The notes beneath the pieces were generated by a model, which worked only from the letters and a program-made list of their open reading frames with translations, had not been told where the DNA came from and searched no databases. From Octopus bimaculoides (taxonomy: Eukaryota), in assembly GCF_001194135.2 (NCBI RefSeq), contig NC_068989.1:18531418-18595417 (forward strand): 64,000 nucleotides of DNA, written 5' to 3'. Numbering within the stretch: the first letter of the stretch is position 1; every line of letters starts with the position of its first letter. Of this stretch, positions 14,204 to 28,545 are shown in pieces. Both the position numbers and the translations under genes were made by a program.

Positions 14204-14955
14204 TTTGTATTTATTTTGCAAAATTCTTTATTGTGTTGAAACAGATGTCATTCCTTGGGATAGGTCATCTTGCCAATAAAAACACACCCACTGGTTTCTT
14301 TTTTAATGATAAGACAAACATGTATTCCTTTTATTAGTATTATTATTATTATTAGTCAACTACTTCACTAATTTTGCAATTAGCTAATTGATTGTTTCAC
14401 CACTTACATCATCAATCAATCAGTTGGTTTATCACTAACTAGTTTGTGGTTATGACAAACCTGAAGGAGATGAAAGCATCTTATTGATGAAGTGCTAAAC
14501 GGTAGTGATGAAAGGATTTTGACAACCCAACTGATTCATTAATAGTGAAGCAACCAATGTGTGTTTTTGTTGGCAAAATGGCCCTACCCAACAACATATG
14601 TGTGTTTATGTATGTGGGTATGTATTCATATATGTGTGTATATATGTGTGTATGTATATGTAATAAAAATCTTGAGTAAAGTAAAAATGAATCATAATAT
14701 TTATTCTCTTTTTCTTGCAGTTTTTCCATTTTCCTTGCTGGTCTGCTACCATTACACACCACATTTGAATGACTACTTGAGAACAGCTTCCAGAGACCAA
14801 GTAGAAGGACCATTTGAAGGCTTACAAAAATTTTACTGTTTATTAAACAAGATTCTTCTTTGTCTTAAAAAAGAAAAATATAATCAAATAAAAAAGATAT
14901 AATATTATTAAAAACAAACTTCTTATTGAGAAAAGGAAGAAAGAAATTATTAACA

Positions 14956-15394
14956 ATGTGCCAAGTTATAGTAACATGCCGATCTCTGATTTGGACTCTC
15001 ATAACCATTCTGACCACACTCATGTTAGTTGTGTCAGTCTGTTCACCATACTGGTTAACAGGCAAACCACAACACACTGGCTTGAGTGGTAAAAACTACA
15101 CTATCTTAAAGAACCAAGAAACATTTCACCCAACTGTTGGTATCTTCAACCGTTGTTATCGTCTACACAAATACAACAGGATCTACCACAGAGACAGCTG
15201 TGACACCTACGTCACAAAGTTCCACATGTCCAATGAAAATTTCCCCAATACATGGAAAGCTGCTTTATTTTTCTTTGTGTGTGGAGTATTGGCAATGATA
15301 TTCACCACTGCCACCTCTGTCATCAGCCTCTGTACACGAGCTTTGTGTAGCAAAAGCATTTTTACTTTATCTGGTCTCATCCAAAGTATTGCCG
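14956..15394 (+). CDS. LHFPL2: LHFPL2-like tetraspan protein, coding exon 1
   Basis: MCQVIVTCRSLIWTL...HPTVGIFNRC...WKAALFF...KSIFTLSGLIQSIAG matches vertebrate LHFPL2 (MCHVIVTCRSMLWTL...HPTLGIYARC...KSIFNVCGLLQGIAG). Phase-1 donor G|gttggt at 15395; upstream acceptor ttcttgcag ends at 14720. Confidence 0.92.
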
Positions 15395-16283
15395 GTTGGT
15401 ATTTATTTACACCTTATTTATTTATTGTTGTTATTGATGTTGCTGTTGTTGTTGTTATTGATGTTGATGTTGTTGTTGTTATTGATGTTGATGTTGTTGT
15501 TGTTATCTCCCCAGGTCTCAGTTTAGATCAAGACTACTCCATCCACAACCATTTTGTCCTTTTATTTTCAGACATACATAATATATTTCATCATCATCCT
15601 CATCAAAGGCAGTCCAACAATAACTGTCCAAATCAAATGTCATGAGCCGTATCAAGTGTATAAGAATTGCATTGATCTCTTCCACTAGTTTCTTTCAACT
15701 GTTGCGGGCCCCACCATAGGTACCAATGCCCAGTCTCCGCATATTATACTCAGTCACATCCTTGTATCTCATATGGAGTCTACCTTGATTCCTCATCCCA
15801 CCAAACAACTATGAATGGGGTATTTATCTTGACGGTCTAGTGTCTTCCATTCACAGGATATGTAGAGATTTCATTGCCTCAATATCTTTTCAAAACTAAG
15901 AAGCTTAACTTTCTTTATAACAAAGGTGTTCTTGGCCTTGTTTTTCCAGGTGATATATACAATGTGTTTCAGGTATTGCCTTGTGAATTCATAGATTTTC
16001 TTTCTTTGTTTTGTTGTTGTTTTTCTACCTGAGTGCAGTTTTCATCCATAACTCTGTTCGATACAATAAGGTAGATAATATTTTTATTTCATGGTATATT
16101 TCCATCTCATTTGGACTAATGCGATAGCTGTTCCACAGTGGATCAGATGGCCTCGTTCGTTCTGTAATTAGTTCATTACTGAGCCTACTTTCAGTACTGA
16201 TTGTACTCCCCAGATTGGGTAAAATGGCTTGCCTCTACATGCAGCTACTCACCCTTTGATAGTGAAGGACATTGATGTTCCAC

Positions 16284-16686
16284 AGGCGCAGGAGTGGCTG
16301 TGTGGTAAGTAGCTTGCTTATCAACCACATGGTTCTGCGTGGCACCTTGGACAAGTGTCTTCTACTATAGCCTCGGGCCGATCAAAGCCTTGTGAGTGGA
16401 TTTGGTAGACGGAAACTGAAAGAAGCCCGTCATATATATATATATATATATATATATGCATGTGTATGTATATGTTTGTGTGTCTGTGTTTGTTCCCCCA
16501 ACATCGCTTGACAACCGATGCTGGTGTGTTTACGTCCCCGTCACTTAGCGGTTCAGCAAAATGAGACCGATAGAATAAGTACTAGGCTTACAAAGAATAA
16601 GTCCTGGGGGTCGATTTGCTCAGCTAAAGGCGTTGCTCCAGCATGGCCGCAGTCAAATGACTGAAACAAGTAAAAGAGTAAAAGAG
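16284..16686 (+). mobile_element. SINE family B (CORE-like central segment, internal AT/GT microsatellite, TAAAAGAG tail), full length
   Basis: Head AGGCGCAGGAGTGGCTGTGTGGTAAG, CCTTGG.CAAGTGTCTT, tail ACAAGTAAAAGAGTAAAAGAG. Fragments also at 1-150, 168-320, 330-510, 580-740, 2768-2890, 4320-4540, 24260-24640, 56030-56360. Confidence 0.9.
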
Positions 16687-17696
16687 ATATATATCCAGGC
16701 TCACATTACCTTGTGATTCTGGGGCTACATTATCCAGTTTGTCCAACATTTTTTTTTTAAGCTGGCAAGATGTGATAGGAGAAGACTTGAATGCCTTTTC
16801 TAACAGATGTGAGTGACCACATAGTGGCTCCATGGCTTGTATTTATTTATCATAGGAGGAAGAGATATTGCTTTTTTCCATTTCTTCCTCCTAGGATTAC
16901 TATCCTCATCCATCACCTACCTACTCCATATACTCCTCTTGTGTCTTTTATCACCCACACCTATCCATTTCTCCATCCTATCTTCCTCTGTTTCACCCTC
17001 ACACCACTCCCTTCCACCACACATTTCCTGTCTCCATCACAAACATCTCTTCACACCTGCCTTTCTCATCTACTACTATTTGCACCTATTTACCAACTCA
17101 CATCTCTTCCTCCTCTACGCTCCCTCCCACAGCAGTAAGTCCTAGTCGTAGTCGTAGTCGTAGTGGTGGTGGTGGTGATGGTGGTGGCACTACTTTTCCC
17201 TCCCTATTTTCTGCCTTCCTACTTCTATCTCACCTGCACCCTTCTTCAATCACTTCGGAGATGGGGGGGTCCCATCCCCCAAAGCCATCAAAATACCATC
17301 TTTCTCCAGATTTTCCAAATTCATTTGAACTTATTCCATTTTTTTTTTTTTTTCCATTCCTGGTTTTCCTCATCTCTTGTCACACCCTCACCTTTTCACC
17401 CATATATCACACATTCTCATGCCTTTGTACTTATCTATCTTGTCCTAACCCAAAATAAACCTTCTGAGCTATCACTCTCATTTGTACCCCCACCCCCAAA
17501 GTTTCAACATCTCTCATTCATGCAGATCTATACCCTCCTATCTTATTCCCCTGCTTACAAACTGCTTCACCTATCCACCCTTAATCCCACTGCATCCATT
17601 CATCTTCACGCCCTCAACTATTTCTACACCATTTTCCCCCCTCTGAGAACTCCGTGTTCAAAAAGTCTGCATGTTCCAGATTCACCTGGCAATGTC

Positions 17697-17707
17697 ATTA
17701 TCATCAC

Positions 17708-17742
<35 letters not shown>

Positions 17743-18053
17743 TCACCACCACTACTACTACTATACTACTACTACTACTACTACCACCACCACCACCACT
17801 ACCACCACCACCACCACCNNNNNNNNNNNNNNNNNNNNNNNNNNNNNNNNNNNNNNNNNNNNNNNNNNNNNNNNNNNNNNNNNNNNNNNNNNNNNNNNNN
17901 NNNNNNNNNNNNNNNNNNNNNNNNNNNNNNNNNNNNNNNNNNNNNNNNNNNNNNNNNNNNNNNNNNNNNNNNNNNNNNNNNNNNNNNNNNNNNNNNNNNN
18001 NNNNNNNNNNNNNNNNNNNNNNNNNNNNNNNNACCACCACCACCACCACCACC

Positions 18054-18084
<31 letters not shown>

Positions 18085-18250
18085 TCACCATCATCATCAT
18101 CATCACCACCACCATCACCGTCATCATCACCATTGCAATCACCATCCATCATCACTACCATCACACCACCACCATCATCACCATCACCACCACTATGATC
18201 AGCATCACCATCATCGTCATCACCATTATCATTATCATCACTAATCATCA
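17697..18250. repeat. Compound (TAC)n/(CAC)n/(CAT)n microsatellite with N gap
   Basis: Direct reading. Confidence 0.95.
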
Positions 18251-19941
18251 CTCATCTCAACTATTGTCATCAGATGAAGAGAGAGAGATAGCAAAACACA
18301 TACATTCAAAACGATAATCATTATACTATACTAGCACAGGTTGGAAAGTTCTTCAAATTCATCTGTTAGCACAAATTCCTGCAGTAGGGAAATCGTTACA
18401 GTACTTCAAAAAACAGCACAGTACCACACTGTACAGTACACTATCACACTAAATGGTATACTACCATACTATAAGGGTCAGTAACCACACTAAATGGTGC
18501 AGTAGTACACTATATGGTACAGTACTGTACTAAATGGTATAAATAGTACACTATGTAAAGACAAAACAGAGAAGTATCATATTAAATGATATAATGCATT
18601 ATATTCTTCATGGTACTTATTCTTGGATTCTGCTAAGACTGACCTTTCCATTTACCTCTTCATGTTTGATAAATTCTGTACCAGTAATGTATTTAGGTAC
18701 ATCAATGACTCAATGTTAGACTTTAGTAGATACCAGTTAATTATAATGGTAGGAGACAAATAAATGCCACCAGTTAAGTATATATGTTACTTGACTGGGT
18801 GCCTGCTTATTTCATACTATATGGTTAATTATAATGGTAAATCAATCACGCAGTGGGAAACAGATAGGTACCAACAGTCAAATATATGTGGTACTTAACC
18901 AGTACCTGCCTATTTCCTACTATGTGGTTAATTGTAATAATAAACCAATCACACAGTAGAAGACAGTTAAGTACCACCAGTCAAGAGTATATGGTACATT
19001 TGTAACACAGAGAGTAGGTACCGGTCAGTCCATTCTAAATATTTGTCATAGCACTTGAGCAAAGTTCTGTGCAATGGAATCCCACAGAACCATGTACTTG
19101 CAAAGAAAACTTCTTAAAAATATAACCATTCCTGTTGAGACAATATAATTATGTGGTCAGATGTTGCTTGTACATATGACAGCTTGTAAATATGACACAT
19201 TTTTCTACAAAATTTCATCTTCAATAGCAAATTCTTCCTTTCTAATTCCCAAAACCTACATTCCGTTCATTCTTATATTAGAGGAATTTAATCTCCGCAA
19301 TATAAAACATCAAATTAACTCTCTTTAATTTCCAATTTTACATTCCACTATTGAGTTATTCACCTTTCTTATCTTAACTCTTCAGCTGTTATCTAGGCAG
19401 AGGTGTTTGAGTCAACCTAGATATTACAACATAGATATTATTTGTACACATGTATCATTCACAAATGCATATCACTTATATACACATTACTCACAAGTGT
19501 ATATCATTCACAATCACATCAGTCGCAAATATATCTAACCCATAAACATAAATTGCTCACAAAATAATATCACTCATAAAACAATCATTCACAATTACAT
19601 ATCACTCATCAATCACAACTATATGTAAACTCAAACACATATTGCTCCCAAAATAATATCACTCATAAAACAAAATCACTCACAAATGCATATTATTCAC
19701 AATTATAAATCACACGTGTCACAAAAATATCACTGTCAGGTGCAGGCACTTCTGTGTGGTTAGAAAGTTTGATTCTCAGCTGTCATTTCAGTTTCAGTCC
19801 TACTGCATTAGTAAGTTATCTCGTACAATAAACTTATGCTGGTTAATGCCATGTGAGGGAATTTGACAGATGAAAACTGGAAGAAGAGCACTGTATACAA
19901 TAAGTTAATAATAATTTTATTATATAATAATAATAATAATA

Positions 19942-19977
<36 letters not shown>

Positions 19978-20202
19978 TTATGTTTGACTTTTGCTTTGCA
20001 TTTGTACAAGTTGGATCCAAGTCTCACCCAGAGACCTCAAGAGACAACAAGTTAGAAGTTCATGTAGGTGTTATGCCTAAGGTACCATATATTTGGATTT
20101 GTATATAGTGTTGTTCTAGAGAATGTTTAAGAAACCATAAGAAAATTATGTGCTTGTTTTAAAATTTGAGATCATATAGACAGTATTTTACGTAGGATAT
20201 GG

Positions 20203-20437
<235 letters not shown>

Positions 20438-20639
20438 GGTGGCAAGCTGGCAGATTCGTTAGCAAACAGAACAAAATGCTACTAAGCATTTTGTCCATCT
20501 TTATGTTCCGGGTTTAAATTCCACTGAGGTCAACTTTGCCTTTCATCCTTTTGAGGTCGATAAAATATGTACCAGTTGAACACTGGGGTCAATGTAATTG
20601 ACCAGCATTTCTTCTGATTCCTTACATTGTGAGTTCATG

Positions 20640-22240
20640 AAGAAGATGAACAAGTGCACACCAAGAAAAAAAATCTCCCTGAGATCTCAAGGCAAACCAG
20701 GGTTAATGCCCTTCTCAAACCAGATGAAGATCCAGTGTATGCAAAGAACTTTCATACAATCTCTCTACCATGTCACCCATATAAACTATTTAAACATCTG
20801 ATTTTTAACAGGCTTGTCCCTGCTGTTGAACCAGCCATCGTTCTTCAACAAGCCAACTTCTGAATCTCACTCAGAATATTGAGGATGAGTTTCAGGAAAA
20901 AGACAGATGATAATAGGAGCCACATTTGATGATCCATCTGTAACATGTGCTATGTACCACCACCTCCTCCTGGAGTAACAAAAGACTTGACACTATCAGA
21001 ATTCATAAGGGCCTTCCTTCTTTGTTTCCATGAACAACAAGCAAAACCATTGATGATGACGAGAGAATTGATTACCCACCACGAAGTGTACTGGGCTCAA
21101 TACAATATAACATCTACATTGAAGACCTGTTGGGGCAAGCGAAAGCGAAATTATGATGGCACCTGTGCCCAGCGTCGCCTTCCTGGCACGTGTAAAGACA
21201 TTCGAGCGAGATCATTGCCAGTGCCTCTGGACTGACTCCTGTGCAGGTAGCACGTAAAACACACCATTTTGAGCGTGGTTGTTGCTAGTACCGCCTGACT
21301 GGTCCTCGTGCCAGTGGCACGTAAAAGCACCCACTACACTCTCGGAGTTGTTGGCGTTAGGAAGGGCATCCAGCTGTAGAAACTCTGCCAGATCAGATTG
21401 GAGCCTGGTGCAGCCTTCTGGCTTGCCAGTCCTCAGTGAAATCGTCCAACCCATGCTAGCATGGAAAGCGGACGTTAAACGATGATGATGATGACATAAT
21501 GACCAACCAATGAGCAAGCAGACTGAGCAGGGTATCTACCCTGACAACCTCTATGTAATATCCCAAGAGAGTACATTTGAAGCAGTAGTAAACAAACCTC
21601 ATCTCAGCACTAGTTGAACTACTATAACTATTACAAATGTAACCACCAAGACGTCAGCCCTGTAAAGACTCAAGTCTACTCATTCATTTCAGGAATCAGA
21701 AAATAAATCTACCACTTAAACATTAATTGGTTTGGAACACCACTGAAGCATTGTGCCTATGCTGTCTACCGTGAGCCTGCATTGAACTACACCTACCATC
21801 TGATCACTGGTTGCATGAAACCCACTAGCACAAACAACCTGCACCTCCTCAATGGCATGGCCCAGCTGATATTAGATGGGAAGTGGCCAGTTGAGCCAAG
21901 AGGGCAAAGGCTACTACTAGTGATAGCATCATCTCCTCCATACATCAATCTCCAGTCTAATGACTGAAATTGAGAAGTTTTCTCAACCATGTCCAGCTCC
22001 TGACATCTTGGGAAGAAACCAGACACCAATTCTGGATAGAAAAGCCAGAGAACAATCCTCTTCCAATTGAGATGGGAATCCCCTCTGCTGAAAACCGCTC
22101 TCCTGGCTCAAAAGTACCATGGAGTCAGTGGATGACACTCAACAACCTGAGAACAAGAATGGAATGATCAAAAGTTCTTTGGTCAGGTGGGGCTACAAGA
22201 TCAGCCCAATCGTATGTGAATGGGGAGAAGCAAACCATAT
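20640..22240 (+). mobile_element. Degraded Ingi/Vingi-like LINE (RT fragment plus C-terminal region)
   Basis: KNFHTISLPCHPYKLFKHLIFNRL, LITGCMKPT, WMTLNNLRT...RWGY...CEWGE motifs with frameshifts; clade assignment is from motif recall. Confidence 0.6.
21190..21495 (+). mobile_element. RTE 3'-tail element inserted in the Ingi/Vingi-like LINE; representative of more than 10 copies (also about 23620-24115, 27570-27838, 39880-39975, 51955-52300, 53277-53460, 57200-57430, 57905-58070)
   Basis: Shared GGCGTTAGGAAGGGCATCCAGCTGTAGAAA...CCATGC.AGCATGGAAAGCGGACGTTAAACGATGATG sequence. Confidence 0.85.
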
Positions 22241-22946
22241 GATGGAACAGATTTCAATAAAAATGCAAAGAACTGTGTAAAGACATGGTAAAGTATTATA
22301 TAAATGTTATGCATCAAAGAATCAAAAGAAGTGAGACATGTTTCTATGACCTGTCTAGGAGGTCAGTAACTCCAGATAATTACTGACTCAGATCATGACA
22401 AACTGTCCAACCTATGCCAGCATGGAAAATAAACTTTAAATGACAATGATTATGATAACAGGGTTGGAGTGGTGATGAAGAGGACAATTGTTTATCAACT
22501 ATGATTGATGAAGCCTATGATCATAGATATTCTAGCCATAACCATCCCCTCAGAGGCACAGTGCATATAGAACAACATTACCCAATATAGTTGGATGTTA
22601 GTTGCTGTTATTTCTTGCAGATTAAGTGACCTTGACCTTACAAAAACTCTAATTAATTTGTTTTGAATTAGTCAAAAGAAAGATGGTTGGTACCCATAAT
22701 TGCAGATTGATGGAAAACATTAATGCATTTGAGGTTCATTTGAGGATTGTAGTTGTGGGGCAGAAGGACTTGGTAAAGTGTTCTGTGCAGGATTAAGGAA
22801 GTTGGACATAGTGAGGATGTAAGCTGAGGAGAGACAGGTGGGTTAGAAAAGCCAGAGCTGAGAGGATATGCAGCTAGCTAAATAAGAGGTGAAGCTATAA
22901 GTTGTAGCAGAAGGAGAGGTAGGAAGGAATAGCATGTGTCAGTGAG

Positions 22947-23037
22947 CTAGGCTTTGATGTGTTACCAAGTGAATCTAGGCTTTGATGTGTTACCAAGTGA
23001 ATCATAATCTATACTTTGATGTGTTACCAAGTGAATC
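22947..23037. repeat. 28-bp tandem repeat, 3 copies
   Basis: CTTTGATGTGTTACCAAGTGAATC core repeated three times. Confidence 0.9.
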
Positions 23038-23618
23038 AGTAGAAGAGCTTTCTTTTGGATGTTTTCTATTCTGTTTGTGTATGTGCATGTGTGTGCAATT
23101 GTCTCACATTCATATGGACAATACTCCAATGTGCGCCTATGTTTGCATAACCTCAGCTTCTGTACATGTTCAACTAACAAACACCTAGTCTTATTAACAA
23201 CAGCACTGATTAAGGAGGGCATCAGATAAGGTATTTACCTGACAGTCCATCACTATTTAGAAAATATTGAATTACAGGAAACACAATTCTAAATTAAAAG
23301 TGATAGATACAGAGATATAACATGGGTTTTGACCACCCTGCATAATAGCTAAATTGACTGCCACTTTCCTTAAACATAACATACCTTTGACTACAGCATA
23401 TACTACCCATATATAAAGTGGCCACTCTATATGATCCACATATCTTGCAACCCCCCCNNNNNNNNNNCCACACACACACACACTATGCCATTAGATAGCT
23501 GTAGTAGTGTATTCACAACAGTAGGTCATCTAATTCACACATTATTGAATACAGTCTCCACATTCAGTGAGTTTTCTGATATTTGATGACAATGTAACAG
23601 TTATATGTATATATATAT

Positions 23619-23651
<33 letters not shown>

Positions 23652-25539
23652 GTTTAATGTCTGCCTTCCATGCTAGCATGGGTTGGATGATTTGACTGAG
23701 GACTGGCAAACCAGATGGCTACACCAGGCTCCAATCTGATTTGGAGTTTCTACAGCTGGATGCCCTTCCTAACGCCAGCCACTCAGAGAGTGTAGTGGGT
23801 GCTTTTATGTGCCACCAGCATGAAGGCCAGTCAGGCGGTACTGGCAACGGCCACGCTCAAAATGGTGTATTTTACATGCCACCTGCACAGGAGGCAGTCC
23901 AGCGGCACTGGCAACGACCTTGCTCGAATGTTTTTTTATGTGCCAGTAAGGCAATGCTGGTAACGATCACGCTCAAATGGTGCTATTTCCGTGCCACTGG
24001 CACAGAAGCCAGACAGCTGCTCTGGCAATGATCACGCTCAGACGGTGCTCTTAGCACTCCACTGGTACAGGTGCCATCACGATTTCGATTTCACTTGCCC
24101 CAACAGGTCTTCGCAAGCCAGTATGTATATGTATATATATATATTACAGTATATTTGTGTATATGTACAGGTGTGTGTAACAGTGGATTATCTAATACAT
24201 ATGAAAAGCCTTTTGCATTGAGGTTTGTGATACTTGATGATACTGTAATTTTTTGTATGGTAGGAAGTTTACTTCCCAGCCACAGGGTTCCAGGTTCAGT
24301 CCCACTGCATGGCACCTTGGACAAGTACTTTTTACTATAGTCTTGGGCCAAAAAAAGCCTTGTGAGTGGATTTGGTAGGCAGAAACTGAAAGAAACCCAT
24401 AGCACACACTCACACACGCATGTGTGTATGTGTGTGTGTCCCTCACCACTACTTGACAACCAGCGTTGGTGTGTTTATGTCGCCATAACTTAGTGGTTCA
24501 GCAAGAGAGACTGATGGAATAATTCCCAAGCTTAAAATATAAAAAACTGCGGTTGACTCATTCAACTAAAATTCTTCAAGGTGTCCCCCAGCATGTCCAC
24601 AGTCTAAGGGCCAAAACACATAAGAGAATAAAAGAATATATCACCAGGAAACTAAACATGGAAACTATCCACACAACATCATCCTAAAGTGACGCTCACT
24701 CTCATCCAATCCAGACAAACTCTAATTACACACACATACACCATGATACAAATGCAATATCCTTTTCTACTCTAGGCACAAGGCCCAAAATTTTGGGGGA
24801 GGGAGCCAGTCGATTAGATCGACCCCAGTACACAGCTGGTACTTAATTTATTGACCCTGAAAGGACAAAAGGCAAAGTCAACCGCAGCTGAATTTGAACT
24901 CAGAACGTATAGATGAAATACTGCTAAGCATTTCACCCGGCATGCTAACGCTTCTGCCAGCTCGCTGCCTTAATACAAATGCAATATTGTATCAAGAGGC
25001 ACTCAGCACTGAAACACTGCTGGCCACTATATTCACCACTCAACACAGTCAAGCACTTCACTCAACACAGCCAAGCACTTCACTCAACACAACCAAGCAA
25101 ATTCACTTAACACAGCCAACCACTTCTTATAGGATTTTAATGTCACAACCACCTAATATCCACACTAAAATGCTTTAAATAGAACAACATGCATTTATAC
25201 ATACACAGACAACCATACATATATATATATATATATATATGACCACACACACACACACACACNNNNNNNNNNNNNNNNNNNNNNNNNNNNNNNNNNNNNN
25301 NNNNNNNNNNNNNNNNNNNNNNNNNNNNNNNNNNNNNNNNNNNNNNNNNNNNNNNNNNNACAACCATACACATAAATACCAGCACATAAAGAAATAACAT
25401 ACACACAAAAATTCACTTAATATCCATCTTCCCTCCTTTTATTCCTTTATTTTCCTCATCGTCCCTGCCTCTCTCGCACATATTGAATCTTATATAAACT
25501 GCAGACAGTTGATGGCTGTTAACTTGTTTTTACTTCCAG

Positions 25540-25653
25540 GTTTGTTCTGTATAATCGGTTTGATTCTCTACCCAGCCGGGTGGGGCACGGAGAGGGTGAA
25601 GAAAATCTGTGGAGATTTGGCAAGTCCTTACAACATTGATAACTGCAGCTTAG
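25540..25653 (+). CDS. LHFPL2: LHFPL2-like, coding exon 2 (114 nt, phase 1-1)
   Basis: Acceptor tttacttccag, donor G|gtaagt; encodes LFCIIGLILYPAGWGTERVKKICGDLASPYNIDNCSLG with the family LYPAGWG and C..CSLG motifs. Confidence 0.93.
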
Positions 25654-26211
25654 GTAAGTCTTTGTGGATTGCAATGTATTTCTTTAGCATGGAAACCATA
25701 TAGTACGTACATGCGTGTGTGTGTCTGTGTATGTGAATGTGTGTGTTTGTGTACATGCACGTGTGTATGTGTTTGTGCACATGTGCGTATTGTTGTTGTT
25801 AGTGTGGTGGTAGTGGTGGTAGTGCTGGTAATGGAATGGCAGAGATATTTAGAGTGGTGAACTACATAACATGCTGTAATTAGTTAACATCTCTTTATGT
25901 TCTGTCTCTATCTACCTGTCTGGCTCTCTGCCTCTGTGTGTGTGTATGTGTGTGTGTGTGCGCGTGCGCATGTGTGCATGTATGTGCCTTTGTATGTATG
26001 TGTGCAATGATGTATGTATGTGTGCAATGATGTATGTATGTGTGTATCAGTGGTGCAGATATTACTGTCATTATTCTTATTAAGAAGTTTGCAAACATGT
26101 GGTTTGAGGTTCAGTCCCACAGCACAGCATCTTGGGCAAATGTTTTCTGCTACAGCCCCAAGTCTTGGTGAATAAATTTAGTTGACAGAAACTGAAAAGA
26201 AGCTCAAGATA

Positions 26212-26254
<43 letters not shown>

Positions 26255-26570
26255 GTGTGTTAGTGAGTTAGTATGAGACCACAAGTGATTTATTTCAGAA
26301 AGACAGAGGCAGACAAGTAGAAAGACAGGGGGTTGTGTGTGAGAGAGAGAGAGAGAGAAGGGAGGCAGGCAGGCAGGGAGGGAGGGAGAAAGGAAGGAAG
26401 GAATGAAGAAAGGACAGACAGATGACAACGACAACGACAACGATGGAAATGGCCCAAATATGCTAAATGCTGAAGGGTTAAATAATGTTATTTTTTTTTT
26501 CGTTTGTTTATTTATAATTGCTGTACCTTCTCTTTGTCACTCTCTCTCTCTCTCTCTTTCTATCTTGCAG

Positions 26571-26713
26571 GTTGGGCCTTATATCTCAATATTGTCAGCA
26601 TTTGCTTCATCTTCATCTGTTCCACGCTGTCCATCCAGGCTAACCACTCCATGAATAGACAAAAAGTTCAAGAGGATATTCTCACTGGAAAGAGTCTCAT
26701 CTGTATTGCATAA
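26571..26713 (+). CDS. LHFPL2: LHFPL2-like, coding exon 3 to stop
   Basis: Acceptor ctttctatcttgcag; WALYLNIV...QKVQEDILTGKSLICIA* resembles the LHFPL2 C-terminus (WAFY...DKVQEEIEEGKNLICLL). Joined CDS is 696 nt = 231 aa + stop, frame consistent across both junctions. Confidence 0.92.
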
Positions 26714-27022
26714 ACATTTCCATGTGCATACATTGCATGCACGCACGCTCACACACACACACTTATACACATGTATATGTTTTACTACATACATATACAT
26801 GGACATATATACATACATACAAGCACACACCTGCCTAAATACACACCTTAAATACATACACAAACAATACACATATGCATTTGCATGTCCACACACAAAC
26901 ATGCATGCACAAACACACACATGCACACAAACAAACACACACAAGAATAACACAAATCTGTATGTTTTGTGTGATACCTACAACAAACATTAACAAACAC
27001 ATTGGCTACAATCCTTAACATT

Positions 27023-27061
<39 letters not shown>

Positions 27062-27920
27062 TCCACAATAACTATATATATATATTTTTTTTTTTTTTTT
27101 GTTATTTGCCCCAATGGATGAGGGACAGACACAATACTAAAAAAAAAATACAGAAAAGTGGAAATTTTACATCAAAAGTTGGGAACAGATAACAAACTCT
27201 ACACACATATAAAAAATAAAATGAAATAATGTATACAAATATATATGCAATTGTTGGGTGTCACTCTTACTGTTGTGGTGGTCAGCATTTATCACTGATC
27301 TTTGTCCTTAAATGTGATAAAATTGCGGTGTTGAATCCTGACCAGTCCTTGATGTTATTGAACTAGGACTTCTTTTTGTCTGCCTCCTCCTCTTTCAGCT
27401 GTGCTCTAGAAAATATATTATACATATATATATATATATATATATTATTCATTAACATGAATAGTGCTAAATAGTGACTTTGAAGTTCTAGCCTGCTAAG
27501 AGCCATCGTATAGGGCTGTCTAATGATGGCTTATCAGGCTGAAACTTCAAAGTTAATGCTAATGCTATTCATCATCATCGTTTAACGTCCGCTTTCCATG
27601 CTGGCATAGGTTGGACGATTTGACTGAGGACTGGTGAAACCAGATGGCTACACCAGGCTCCAATCTGATTTGGCAGAGTTTCTACAGCTGGATGCCCTTC
27701 CTAACGCCAACCACTCTGAGAGTGTAGTTTATATATATATATCATCATCATCATCATTTAACGTCCGCTTTCCATGCTAGCGTGGGTTGGACGATTTGAC
27801 TGAGGACTGGCAAATCAGATGGCTACACCAGGCTCCAAAAGAATAATAAATATGTGTTCTATAATATGTATTGAGTGGTNNNNNNNNNNTTATAATTCAA
27901 CATGAAAACAAACATTCATT

Positions 27921-27968
<48 letters not shown>

Positions 27969-28075
27969 GTATACACTAAAGGCGGTGCTCCAGCATGGCC
28001 GCAGTCAAATGACTGAAACAAGTAAAAGAGTATACACACACACATACATATATATCCATATAGATATAGATACAT

Positions 28076-28108
<33 letters not shown>

Positions 28109-28511
28109 GTTTGTGTATACATGATTAAATGCTTTGACAGTTACCATATGAAATGTGTGTGTGTGTGTGTGTGTGTGTACGACAGACACCAAAAGTCAGT
28201 CGGCAAACCCCTCAATGCCTGGAATACCCTCACAAGTCAAAACTGCAATACACAAACTGGACTTCCTCCTCAGAGTAAAATTCCCACCTCTTTCACTATA
28301 GTTCTATAATAGTAATAATAAAATTAAAATTTTGAAGAGGCATGGTAGATGAGACTTGTGTAGGGAGGAGCTATTTGCATTCTGATGTTCATTGTTCCTG
28401 GTAAAGGCTAGTTAGTTGGTACCTCTCACCTAAGCAGAAAAGCTTAAATAGGAAGTGCTTAGTAAAAGCAAATCCAAAAATGCGGTGCAGACTCTAGCAT
28501 GATGACTACGC

Positions 28512-28545
<34 letters not shown>

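Noticed and set aside
15395-15645. C-terminal part of the 239-aa ORF 14926-15645
   Set aside because: LHFPL2 similarity stops at the donor at 15395; the remainder is intronic (GTT)n-derived sequence.
22947-23037. CRISPR-like direct repeats
   Set aside because: No unique spacers, no cas genes, eukaryotic context; an ordinary tandem repeat.
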